From: Podarcis tiliguerta
Lineage: Eukaryota
NCBI GenBank assembly: GCA_965153285.1
Contig: OZ229117.1
DNA length: 64,000 nucleotides
Strand: one strand, 5' to 3'
Of this stretch, positions 50,516 through 62,789 are shown piece after piece (the stretch's first letter is position 1; each line of letters starts with the position of its first letter). The notes beneath the pieces were generated by a model, which saw only the letters and a list, made by a program, of their open reading frames with translations, was not told the DNA's origin and did no database searches. Both the position numbers and the translations under genes were made by a program.

Positions 50516-50892
50516 TGAGCATTATCAAAGGGATGGAATGGCTCCCCTATGAATAAAGGTTGCAGCATTTGCCACTTATTAGTTTAGAAAAGAGGTGACA
50601 TGGTCAAAGTTTATAAAAGTATACATGGCATGCCGAAAGTGGATAGAGAAAAGCTTTTCCTCTCTCTCCCAACACTAGAACTCATGGCCATCCAATGAAG
50701 ATGAATGTTGGAAGATAAAAAAAAAGTCCTTCATGCAGCATGTAGTTAAACTATGGAACTCACTCCCACAGGAAGCAGTGATGGCCACGAACCTTGATAG
50801 GATGAGACAAATTCATGGAGGGATGGCTATCAGTGGCTCGAATGGACCATTGGCCTGATCCAGCTTGCTCTTCTTATGTTCTTTTGTTCTTA
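50516..50892 (+). mobile_element. CR1 3' fragment (donor of part of the inverted duplication)
   Basis: ATCAAAGGGATGGAATGGCTCCCCTATGAA..AGTTTAGAAAAGAG..AAAGTGGATAGAGAAAAGC..CTTCTTATGTTCTT, continuous across 50610. Confidence 0.8.
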
Positions 50893-50936
50893 GTAGAAAA
50901 AAAGAATAATTTTATATCCAGAAGAACATTCATGTA

Positions 50937-51380
50937 CTGTATTTTTCTGTGTATAACACGCCCTCATGTATAAGATGCCCCTACTTTTGGGGACTCCAAA
51001 TTAAGAAAATGGGGGGAGATTGCCAAGATTTGTTAAGCTTTTTTGGGGGGGAGAATGCAGAAAATCAGTCACCCAAATGACAAATGCTACAAATTGAACA
51101 GGTCGCAGAAGCCCAATTGCCACAGTGGCAGCCAATCCACAAGAGCCCTTGTCACATCCATCAATAATCCACCAAACTGCAGCAGCAGCCAATCCAAAGC
51201 AGCCCTTGCCACAGACACCATTCACCCACCCAATCGCTGCTGACAAGCTCCTGCTCGTGGCTGCAACCAATCAAACGTCTCCCCCCTCAGCACTATCCGT
51301 GTATAAGACTACACCCCCCCCCATTTTTAACATTATTTTAAAGTAAAAAAAAACCTTATCTAATACACAGGAAAGTACGG
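50937..51380. mobile_element. Tc2/pogo-like non-autonomous DNA transposon
   Basis: TA|CTGTATTTTTCTGTGTATAA .. TAATACACAGGAAAGTACGG|TA. Confidence 0.7.
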
Positions 51381-53397
51381 TAATTTGTCACATTTCTGCT
51401 GCATCTTCCCTTTCAGAATCACTCTGAACAAAGTTACATTCTAGAGGAGATCAGAAGTTGCTGAGCTCTGGGAATCGACCACCAGCTTGCACCAGCCCAT
51501 GAAATGTTCTTTTCCATTCATTGGATTTTTAAATGCACCTATTTGCAAAATGTTAATGCCGAGCTGTACGCTAGACTGATGTGACTTAAAGCTTCCTGGG
51601 GCACAGATAATGTCATGGATTCAAGTGCCACATTTGGCAAAGGACAATGCCATCTGGATTCAGGCTCTTCCACTGATGGGAGGCTCATGGAGCTGCAGTT
51701 TGCAGGTGCTTGTTGAGCACCTTCATGAGTCCAACTCAGCCTTAGCCAACTAGGTGCCCTCCGCCTCTTCCCTTCTGGAGGAGCCACCCTCCAGCCGCTG
51801 CCCGCCTCCTCCAGCAGCGCTGTCCTGTCCCAACAGCCTTCCTCCACCACTGCTGGTGTTCCCTCCCTAAACTAAAAAAAAGTCGACAACTCTGGGAAAT
51901 TGGGGGGGGGGGCGCCAGAGGGATCTTTGCACCACAGCGCCGGATATGCTTAAGACGTCCCTGCCTATGGGCAATGGTGACACCTCCTCCCTGACCCTCT
52001 GGGCTGGTGCTGCATCAAGGTCTTAGTGATGCTCGCCAGATCTGTCCCTTCATCCCCAGTTTTAGGATTGTGTTCATCCTGGATCATTTCCCCCTGTTTT
52101 GACTTTGTCACAGTGCACAGACCATTTTCCTTGCTCCTCACTGAAAGGAAGGAGCAACAGCCAGCAGGAAGAGTCCGTGACTGGCCCTTCGGACTGGCTC
52201 AGAGACCCATTGGCTGAGTGCTTAATTAGCTCCCCATAAATAAACATCATTTACAAGACCCAAACATTTAAAACACCCTGTTAAGCATCTGAAACATAAA
52301 TGATTTAATTATAGACCAGCTCCGGTTTATACCGACACTGAGATGAAACGCGATAGAGCAGCTGTCTATGAATATTTTACAATGAAATTGCTCTCCATCT
52401 TCTGTGTCCACAGAGGGTTGCGTTGCAGGTTGGGAAGGCAGCAATCTGCCTGTGGTAAGAGCAGCCTTCATTTGTGCAGCGTGCAGATAACCCTCTTCGG
52501 GGGCGGCTTGCAGTGAGAATGGCACGGAATTGCAACACACACACCCCAAACTTTATCTTGAGCTGTGGAGCTTCTTTTTTGCATGGACCATTGCTCCTTT
52601 GCTCAACCGGGTTTCCTACAAAACTAGAGCTCTTTAACACGGCTGAGGAATTGCTTCCCCACAATTATTTGGAATTGTGACATTATAATGGAAGTTCCAA
52701 ACAGTGCTTAATATTGCAAAGCATTATGTGGTCATCCCTACTCTCAGAGCCTAGAAATGTATACCCACAACAAGCTCCATTTAGCAAAGGTATTTTCAGT
52801 TTCATATCTAAATATGTCCATTAAATATTAAAAGAAAAGAAAATTCAGAAGAGGAAACGAGTAATTAATGCCTCTCACCCCTGCTTCTCAGGAATAGAAA
52901 CTGGCATTGTGGCTGCTGATTGCTTATATCCCAGGCTGCTAGAAACCTACTCTTTCTTAAATTAAAACAAATGAAGGCTTTGAATCTGGGGGTTGTGGTT
53001 CATCCTGGGGACACCAAAGAAGGTGCTACAGGTTCTGGGTTGATGAAGATTCCTGATTTATTCAGTTGTACTCTACAATGATGCTACTATTCCATACCTT
53101 TCCTGTGGAATAATATACCCCCTGGTATATTAATATACCCCCTGGTGGTTGTTTGTTGTTATATTTATTTATACCCCACCTTTTCCCTCGGCTGGGACTC
53201 AAGGTAGCTTACAAAAATTAAAAACAACAGAGACAAAATACATAAAGCTAAAAACCTTTTGGGCAGGATGTTTTTAATCTATTTTTCTTTCCCCTTGGTT
53301 TTAATGTGAGGTTCATTATCTGTTTATTTGGTTGTAAGTTGCTTTGGGTTGCCCTGGGCAAGAGAAAGTGACTGACAAATTCAAAAAATAGTTATAG

Positions 53398-53508
53398 TAT
53401 ATTATTACATATATTAATTATATTATTATATTATATTATATTATATTATATTATATTATAGAACCATAGAACCATAGATTATATTATATTATATTATATT
53501 ATATTATA
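53398..53508. repeat. (ATATT)n microsatellite interrupted by (ATAGAACC)2
   Basis: Directly visible. Confidence 0.85.
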
Positions 53509-56500
53509 AATTGTTAAAAAGTAATTAAACACTAATAGAATTAAAACAATTTAAAAACAAATAATATTATTAATCTATTATATATCTATTATATTTTTTG
53601 TTCACACATCAGTCCTATTCAGCAAAGATTCCAGTAGCATAACTCTCTGTAGTCTTATTTTCTGATGAGCATTGGTGAATGGTTACTGATTTTAAAAAGC
53701 CTCTCTTAATTGCCCTGATGTCAGCATCTGCTTCAGCTGAGTGAAGCTTTAATTACAGGTTACATGCCTATTTTTCCTCTTCATTTTTTATAGTGAAAAA
53801 TTAAAAAAAGAAGAAGTAGAAATCAATTATTAAAGCCTTCCCCTCCCACAGCAGCAGAAACTGACATAGGTCACACATTGCTTATTCCTCAAATCATCAG
53901 GAAGCAATAAACTGGACTGCACCTGCAAACCTCACATCTAGAGAAATTTAGCAAGCCTCTCTCTATACATATGCTTTGAAAATGCTTTTGTTAGTAAAGA
54001 CTTTTATCGTTTGGATCGGCTGGCATGATATCCATGTTGTTTTATGTTATTTTACATTATTGTGAGCTTACGGTGTGTTGTTGATTATGTGATGTGTCCT
54101 TGTTTTTAAAAATTTGCAAGCCACTTTATAAGGGGTTATCCAAGGTGGAGCACAGATGTATCGAAACAAGCAAACAGGAAGTGTTTAATTAAAGGCACAG
54201 GAGTTCATAGAAATCTCAAAAATCTTTAATGCATATCAGGGTATTTAAAAACACAGAAAACACTGAGATGCATCAATTCTTTAGACAACAGCAGCTGAAG
54301 TTTGAATAATGAACAAACAAAAATTAGAAATTCCAGGGCTGAGAGGGTTAGCATGGAAACAGCCTTTGCTATACTAGCCATTAAAGTTTCATGCTTAAAT
54401 CAAACCCTCAAACATAAGCAAGAAATGATAGAAATGGAGGGGGGGCAGGCCTTCCCATGGGTGGCAGAAGAAAAAGAGGATAGGGCTCCTGTACCTTTAA
54501 TAGTCAGCAGATTCCAGCAGATTGCATGTCAAACTACACCTTCATCTGACGGTGCCTCCCTTATATAGGCTACACACACACCATATATTTAAAGCATATT
54601 CCTTTCCGCCCCGCCCCCCCAAAAAACAGGAAGGGTATGCCTCAGAGAGTTACAATTCATATCACCCTTAGCAAATTACAGTTCCCAGGGTTCTCTGATG
54701 GATGGGAAATGTGCTTTAGGAGTATGCCGCATCTGAAGCCTAAACTAGCAACACAGCCTGAGCTCTGCAACCATTCAAGCCCTGAAGTTCTCTTATTTCT
54801 TGGACCTTGCCCAGATGCAGGTCGCCAGAATTCTCTAGCTTCCTTTCTGGGGGTCTGATTCTGCCTTCTTTGGTGCATCAGTTGTGTCGCTTGAATCTTA
54901 ATCTGGCAACCTGGGTTCTTTCTATCCTTTTTTCAGGTTCGTGGTTTTAATTGGGGGCAAGGCTGGCACAACCATTAGGCAGAGGGAGGCAACTGCCTCA
55001 GGCGTCAGTTGCTGATGGGTGGCAGCAAAACTACCTCCTTGACTGTTCCCCTCTGTTGAGGGCAGAAGCAGGTGTGCTGGGTGGCCTTCCCTGCACACTC
55101 CTCAAACTACCCAGCAGCCCCTAGGTGTGCCAGGAATTGCTGCTATCCTGTTGCCAGCATTGAAGTTTGTGTCAGCTCTCAGTCCAGTCACCTTCTGGAC
55201 ATGGAAGCAGCGAACCATGTTGTTCTTTGCCTCAGGCAGCAAAATGTCTTGGGGTGGCTCTGATTGCAGGGGAGGGATCGGACCAGATCCTGGTAGCTCT
55301 GCTTTGTGCAGACATTGTGCTTGCAATCTCAGTATGACAATTCATTAGCCCCTCTCAGGCTCTGTTTTCCAAAGCCAGACAGTCATCCTTTAATTCACTG
55401 ATGGGATTTGGCTCACCTAGAATTCCCTTTTTTTTCTGCTCCTTTGTGCTTAAATGCCTGGGTTATCCAACCAGCTTAGAGCTCCCATATTCCAAAGGGC
55501 ATGCAATTACAATGCCTTTTAAATGGTAATGGGCCAGGATTGCCTCTGCTGTCCCCCCCACCTACCCCCAATGCTCAGTGTGTACATTTTCCTCAACACT
55601 TGCAGATTTATTAATTAAAAGCATCTTAGCGCAAGCCCGCCTCGCTTTCCTTCCGGGAGACTTCAAGGCTTAGTTGTTTTATTAACAACCTCAGATCAAA
55701 GTGGTTAATTTATATGCATGTAAATAACAAAATGCATGAAGTTTCTCAATGAGAGACCAAAGCGTCCGTTGATGCTTTTGTATAATGCATCATCTGTGGC
55801 TGGTGGGGAGCGCTTTCGAAGCGCACAGCCATGTTCAGGATCAATTAGTTAAATACATTGCCTTATCCAGGAAAAACACTTAGAGGAACATGAAGGCAAT
55901 TTCGGAAGAATCAAATTTACATTTTTATTCTCTTCCTGCGCTGACATCGGCTGGTCCCCGTAGCTCGGATTTCTAGGGAAAGGGAGGTTCGTCAGCTGCT
56001 GGCGGGCAAACTCTGGTAGTTCAAAGGTTCATTTCAAACGGAGGCAGGTTCAGATGTTTGTCTGAAATTTACCCAAAGCTTCCAGGTACTGCTTTCCCCT
56101 GGAGACACCTGGCTTTGGGCAGAGAGAACAGAATGCATGAGGAACCTTTTAATTAGAGCTGTGGTGTCACCACTTTCCCTTTTTTGCAGGGATCCAATGC
56201 AAATGTGAGATTGGCTTTGATCTCCAGCCCCAACCTTCTGCAGCTTCCAGTTCAGGTGGGGGCTGCCTGTGTCGGTGTGCAGACTCTGTCACAAAGCAGC
56301 ACTTCAGACAGGCTGCCTCCACGTGGTGGGAACACCAGGGCACAATATCCTCTCTTTCCCTGGTAGCCTTTTGTTCTCAACTGGCTTCAGCCAGTGTTTC
56401 TGCTTCACCTTCGCAAGAAGAAGCTTCCCCTGTATTTTAGGGATGGGCTGAGCAACTGATTCATTCCGGTTTCAGTCTTGTTGGCATTCAATCAGATGTC

Positions 56501-56960
56501 CAGTTCGGCTGAATTGAATGCTTTTTGTGCTCACCTAATGCATCAAATGCTTTTTTTATGTAAAATATGAAATTTTCAATGAACTCACCATTAAAATAAT
56601 ATCCCTTTTATGTTGAGGTAGTCCCACTTGTCTTTCTCCTCTGGCCTCACGAGAAGTGGCTTCAGCCCATCTTTCTGAGAAGTCCTCAACAGAAATAGCT
56701 TTTGTCTTTTTTACTCCTTCCCACTCACTTGAAGTAGCATCACCTGTATTTCTACTTCACCCTTAACTGAAGAAAAAGGGGACTAAACTTCCTGAGTGGG
56801 AAAGGAGACAAATGAGCTGAACTTAGTAATGGGGAAATGGCTGGCCTTAAGCAAAGGAGGTTCAAGCAGAACAAGAACAGAACTTGCTTTGGGAGGAAGC
56901 AAAGGGAGAAACAAAGGAGCTGAGGCAAGAGTGGTGGCAAGAGACAAAGTTCCAGGCCTT

Positions 56961-57298
56961 AAAGGTAAAGGGACCCCTGAATGTTAGGTCCAGTCGCGGA
57001 CGACTCTGGGGTTGCAGCGCTCATCTTGCTTTACTGGCCGAGGGAGCCAGCGTTTGTCTGCAGACAGCTTCTGGGTCATGTGACCAGCATGACAAAGCTG
57101 CTTCTGGCGAACCAGAGCAGCACACTGAAACACCGTTTATCTTCCCGCCGGAGTGGTACCTATTTATCTACTTGCACTTGACGTGCTTTCGAACTGCTAG
57201 GTTGGCAGGAACAGGGACCGAGCAATGGGAGCTCACCCCATTGCGCGGATTCGAACCGTCGACCTTCTGATCAGCAAGCCCTAGGCCCTGTGGTTTAG
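56961..57298 (-). mobile_element. Sauria SINE (POM-like), near full length
   Basis: AAAGGTAAAGGGACCCCTGA..TACCTATTTATCTACTTGCAC..GATTCGAACC (B box, reverse)..CTGTGGTTTA. Confidence 0.9.
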
Positions 57299-57845
57299 AC
57301 AAATTTAAAACTGGCAAATCAACAAGTCCATTTTTTATAGCATTCAAATGTGAAACTGCTGTATCAGCCATTATACTGCACCCAAGGTCTGGAAAGTGGC
57401 CAATGTATCACCATTTTTTTTATTAAAAAAAGGGGGATCCAGGAGGGATCCTGGAAATTAAAGGCTTGTTATCTTAAGGTCTGTCCCAGGAAATCTGTTG
57501 GAAAGTATTGTTAAAGATAAAATAACTAAGCATATAGAAAAACAAGCCTTGCTAAAGGAGAACCAGCATGGCTTCTGCAAATGTAAGTCCTATCTCACAA
57601 ACCTATTGGAGTTATTGGAGAGTGGCAACAAATATATAAATTGAGGTGATCTGGTTGACATAGTGTACTTGGGCTTTCAAAATGCTTTCCACAGGGTACC
57701 TCTCCAAAGACTCCCGAGTAAGCTTAACAGTCACAGAATAAGTTGGTTAGGATCAGGAATTGGTTAAGTAGCAGGAAGCAGAGAGTAGGAATAAATGGAC
57801 AGTTTTCCAAATGGAGAAATGGAGAAAGTTGAGTCCCCCAAGGAG
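57299..57845 (+). mobile_element. CR1 ORF2 internal fragment (RT N-terminus), degenerate
   Basis: Translates WKVANVSP..KKG..DPGN..SVPGNLLE..QHGFCKCKSYLTNLLE..VDIVYLGFQNAF. Confidence 0.85.
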
Positions 57846-59204
57846 GGAACTCCACTGCCATGCACCACTCTCCAAAACCAAATCTGCTGCTACCTTTTTC
57901 TCCAAGCGTGGGGCTCTCCTCGCATGTGCAAATAGGATGGTGCCACAGAGCTTGTGCAGAGCGCATGCTGACGAAAGGAAAGCATAATCAGAGCACTTTT
58001 CCTTTCTGAAGGATTATTCTGTGCTCACCATAAACTGTGATGTCAGTGGTTGGTCCTAGATGCCCCCAAACCCTGAAGAGCAGAGTAGGGACCAACTCTT
58101 GCATGGTGGGCTCACCAGACTTTTATCCTGTCTGTGACGCAGGATTGCTTCTCTCCACAGGTTAGGGGGCACAATACGTGCCTTACCCTGGGCACTGGCA
58201 ACTCACACTTTGCCACTGTCCTATATAAACAATATACAATAGAGGTTAGCCACTGTGAGAATGGGATGCTGGACTAGACTAGATTGGCCTGGTCCAACAG
58301 GACTCTTCTTATCTTCTTAACAAGACTGGACATTTATTAGTGAAGAAGAAGAAGGAAAGGGCTTGATGTCATGTTGGGAAAGGGCTGATCTCACTTAGTG
58401 AGGAAGGCTGTACAAGTGTCCACCCACTGCACGCAAGCTGCTTTTTCCAGCTTTCTCTTTTCTCTTTTTTTCTTGACTGTATGTGATCTCTTCTCCTACA
58501 GAGTGTTTATCTTTCTGATAAGGTATCTCATGAAGTGCCAAGTGCTCCTTCAACAAACACTGTCCAAATACACCTGACTCAACATGCTCTGCTCAACGAT
58601 CAGGAAAGAAAATCTCCTTTTGATCCCATCCATATAGGAAGCACAACCTCTTCGCATCTCACCAAGCCTCCTCTTTTAAAATAATGTTGCTGTCTGAACA
58701 TCCTGCAGGGTTTGCGCAACTGTTGTTTAATCTGACATTTAAATGGATTTATGCATTCAGTGGGGTGGCATTAAAAATAAAATAGATTAAAATGGATTCT
58801 CCATAAAAGAAAAGAATTATGCCTATAAAACCGACAGAATGCTGGTGCCTGGTTGGGGGGGGGGACGGGGCTTGAGGGGGGACACACAGCAGGCCATTGA
58901 GTGAGATCTTCCAGCTAAAGGTATATTTTAAGCATAAATCCTACTATGAAATAATATCCAATTAATATTCCCATTGACCTTTTTTGCTCCTGCCTGCGGT
59001 TAGATTTTCTCTTCCACGAAGGGGGCTTGTATGTTTCAAGTGAGATTTGTGCCAGCAAGATGGGCTGCAGGCTCCAAGTCTGCTACACTCTTCTCGCCCA
59101 CCACAGCTTTAGCTCATTGGGTGCTGCTCTCATGTGACAGCCAGTCTAAAAGCAGTCTCCTCCAGGAGCATTGGGAGAGTGCCTTTCACTCCCCTGAAGA
59201 CTAC

Positions 59205-59998
59205 ATTATAGGGTGCCACAGGGGACTAGCTTATCTCCAGTGCTATCTAATATCTACATGAAGCCATTGGGAGTGGTCATTAGGAGTATCGGGACAAGGT
59301 GCCATCAGTATGCTGATGGCACTCAGCTCTGTTTTCCCTTAGCATCTAAATCAGAAGCGGACACACAGTCCTGGGCCATTGCCTGGATGCAGTGGTGAAA
59401 AGGAATTGGGGGGGGGGGAGCTGAGCTTGAATACTGGCAAGATGGAGGCACTGGGGGGTGAATAGTTCCCATGTCTGAGAAATTAGTCAGTTGTTTACCA
59501 TGGATAGGGTTGCACCAAAGGAGCAGGTTCACAGTTTGCAGATGCTTCTGGATTCAGCTCCATCACTGGAGACTCAGGTACCCTCCGTGGCTAGAACTGC
59601 CTTTTACCAACTGGGACTGATTCGACAGCTATGCCCATTCCTGGAACAGGAAAGCCTTGCAACAGTAATTCATGTGTTACTTGCTTCAAGATTGGATTAC
59701 AGTGGTACCTCGGGTTAAGAACTTAATTCGTTCTGGAGGTCTGTTCTTAACCTGAAACTGTTCTTAACCTGAGGTACCACTTTAGCTAAAGGGGCCTCCT
59801 GCTGCCGCCATGCCGCCAGAGCACAATTTCTGTTCTCATCCTAAAGCAAAGTTCTTAACCTGAGGTACTATTTCTGGGTTAGCGGAGTCTGTAACCTGAT
59901 GAGTCTGTAACCTGAAGTGTCTGTAACCCAAGGTACCATTGTACTGAGATGCGCTCTAACTGGGCTTTTCTCATACTTGATCCAAAAGCTGTAGTTAA
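59205..59998 (+). mobile_element. L2 RT fragment interrupted by a Tigger-like MITE
   Basis: ORFs give VPQGTSLSPVLSNIYMKPLG..CHQYADGTQL and ARTAFYQLGLIRQLCPFL..LATVIHVLLASRLDY. Confidence 0.85.
59700..59941. mobile_element. Tigger/pogo-like MITE
   Basis: TA|CAGTGGTACCTCGGGTTA .. TAACCCAAGGTACCATTG|TA. Inverted relative to 32321-32546. Confidence 0.85.
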
Positions 59999-60100
59999 AG
60001 CACAATGCCGCAGCATGATTACTGCTGAGAAGGAGGCCTTGTCAGCATATAACACCTGGGCTCATAGATCTGCACTGGTTGCTGTTCTGCTACCGAGACA

Positions 60101-60363
60101 GGATCAGGTTAGCCAGATTTTGGATCAGGTTAGCCAGTTTGATTCGAATGCTGTTGGTGGGTTCTTGTTGTTGTCTTGTTGGTCTGTGTATGTGATAAAG
60201 GGTAACCATATTGAGGTGAAGGCATCTTCTTCTATTTGTCCCCATGTCGGTTTCAGTTTGTTGGTCAGTTTTTCTAATAAGGCTGTTTCCCATACTATTT
60301 GATACCATTGGTCTGTGCTTAACTCCTGACAGGTCTCTGCAGTGTCTGGCTATGATGCTTCTG
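60101..60363 (-). mobile_element. L1 fragment, same family as 819-2538
   Basis: The reverse complement aligns with about 1950-2180 (CATAGCCAGACACTG..TGGGAAAC..TTTATCACATACACAG). Confidence 0.85.
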
Positions 60364-60646
60364 CACTCTTTTATCTTTTGTAAACCACTTTTACAATCAA
60401 GTGCCATATAAATTCTATGTAAAGATTTTTAGCCGGTCCGCCCTTGCTGGGGGCCCTGATCCAGCACTCAGTGGCCTTGATCTCAGTATCAATTATCACC
60501 AGGACTTCTTGATGCAGATGCAGCTGTGTTTGTGGCTCTTGGAGCTCAGCAGAAGAACATATGTGGCTCACTCAGGTGAAATGGAGGGCAAGAGATCAGG
60601 GCTTTTCTCCACAAAGTACGTTACTTTGTACACACTCTGAGATATA

Positions 60647-60797
60647 CAGTCATACCTTGATTTTCGAACAGCTTAGTTCCAGAACATTTTGGCTCCAGAA
60701 AGCCGCAAACCCAGAAGTGACTGTTACAGTTTGAGAACTATCTTTGAAACGTTTCCAAACGTTTTGGAAGTCAAACGGACTATACTGACTATACTGT
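60647..60797. mobile_element. degraded Tigger-like MITE
   Basis: TA|CAGTCATACCTTG.. and GGAAGTCAAACGGAC, related to 12751-13367. Confidence 0.5.
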
Positions 60798-61804
60798 CTT
60801 CCTTAATATTTTTAGCTAATTGTTAGTGCTGGAAATAGGTACCAGGGAAAGCCCTGAGTCAAATTAAGCCATGGCTTCCTTGCTTGTTTCAGCTGCCAGA
60901 TGACCAGATACCCAATTTCTATGCAGAAATGTGTTTGCTAATATCCCCCATCCCAAGACCCCGAAGCTACAATAAGAAAATTAGTTCTCATTTTAGTTCA
61001 TCATCTTTTTTTCTCTCTTTTCTTGTTTGCAGACCCAGGGGACTTCCAACCTTAATGCAAATTCCCCTTTGTCAATTGTAGCGCTGGTCTATTTTCTCTG
61101 CCCTTTCATTTTAAATCAGCTCTTGCAAAGTGTGCTGAAAGAATTTAAATTAGACAGGACCATGAGCGGAATAATGTGGGCCTCTGTTGTCGTACATTGT
61201 AAATCATTTTATTATTTAAATTTTTAAGTTTAACAGGAAAATTAAATACAGAAGACAAAAGAGAAATTCAATTGTTCGAAAGACGTTTTTGTTTGAGGAA
61301 AAGCCCATAAATCATACGTAAACGGACACATACAGTCACACATATACCAGGGCTTCATTATCTTCAGGCAAATAGATTTAATTCTGGTGCCATTTTAATT
61401 TCAAAACTGGTACAAAATTGTGAAGGGTTGAGAGATCATGAGGGACAAAACAGAGAGCAGGAGGTAACTTTCAGCAATTAATACATTAGATTTCTGGAAA
61501 TAAGTCTAATGTCAAGTCAAGGTGAGGGGTTTATTTTGAGCTGGGGATCTTCAAGACCTTTTTTAAATGGCAGGCCTTGTCTGTTGCATATTTGAAATAA
61601 CTTTGAAACATTTATGTTATTATATCAATGGTGCAAACATCACACGAGGGCTCATTCCATGTTCCAGCCAGCTTGGAATAGGGGTCCTGTAAGACTGTTT
61701 GGAGCTTGCAGAGGACACTCATCCTGAAGCCTCAAACCTCTATATTATTTAGTGCTAAAGGGCATAGCTATCAGCCCTAAATCAGAGTTTTTTACTGTAG
61801 CAAT

Positions 61805-61946
61805 AGGAACATAAGAATCTGCCTTATACTGAGTCAGACCATTGTTCAGCACTGTCTACTCTGACTAGCAATAGCTATTTAGGATTTCAGAGAGGGGGTC
61901 TCCCCGAGCCCTGCCTGGAGATTGATCCTGGGTCCTTCTGCATGCA
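61805..61946 (-). mobile_element. Squam2-like SINE
   Basis: AGGAACATAAGAATCTGCCTTATACTGAGTCAGACCATTG..CCTTCTGCATGCA. Confidence 0.6.
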
Positions 61947-62789
61947 GTGCAGATATTATCCTGCCTTTCCTCAATAGGAGGGGAATATAGCAGGAAATAC
62001 TATAAATACCCAGGGGTTTCAGCTAGCCGCATTCATCCATTATTTGTATGCCACTTTTCCACACACACAAAAATCATTCTCAAAGTAACTTACAACAAAG
62101 GAAACAGGAATGTATTTCAAAGTCAACACTGCAAAACAATTTCATAATAACATGGTAAAGCAATAACTCCGTTCCCTCTGCATTTCCATTTCCCATTTAA
62201 TCTCAGTGGATATTCTGTGTTTCAGCTGTAGGCTTACCTCACAAAATCTGTCCAGCTTGCATTTTTTCTCTCCCCCAGAATAGAAGTGATGCCTGCCCAT
62301 AGAAAGCAAGGGGGGAAGCCAGGGTTTACACAAGGCTGTTACTAGGGAGCAGCATGTTCCACTGCCCCCACCCAAAGCTGGGTTTCTTGTTTTTAAATTA
62401 AGTTTTACAAATCAATAAGAAAACAAACCACAAACAGCAAAAAAAAAAAAAAAAAACACCCCACGCAGTATGGATGGCAATGCAGAGACAGAGCAATCTT
62501 ATGAATCTAAAAAGAAGAGTAGACAAATTCATGGAAGATACAGAAACTCAGTGGTTACTAACCCTGATGGATACTTTGCGCCCAAGACCTTTCCCTGGTC
62601 TTTCCCTGAGATAAACGTGTTTCTGCTCCACCATCAGAGCTCAGCCATTGGGAAAATCAGGGCTGCTGTGGGGACAGGGAGGGGAAATCTGATATCAACG
62701 ATCCTTCTCTGAGATTAGGGCCCTGGGATTCTCTTCCAGAGCCCATAGGTGGCATGGAACATGTGAAGATGTGGGCAACCAAGAGGATC

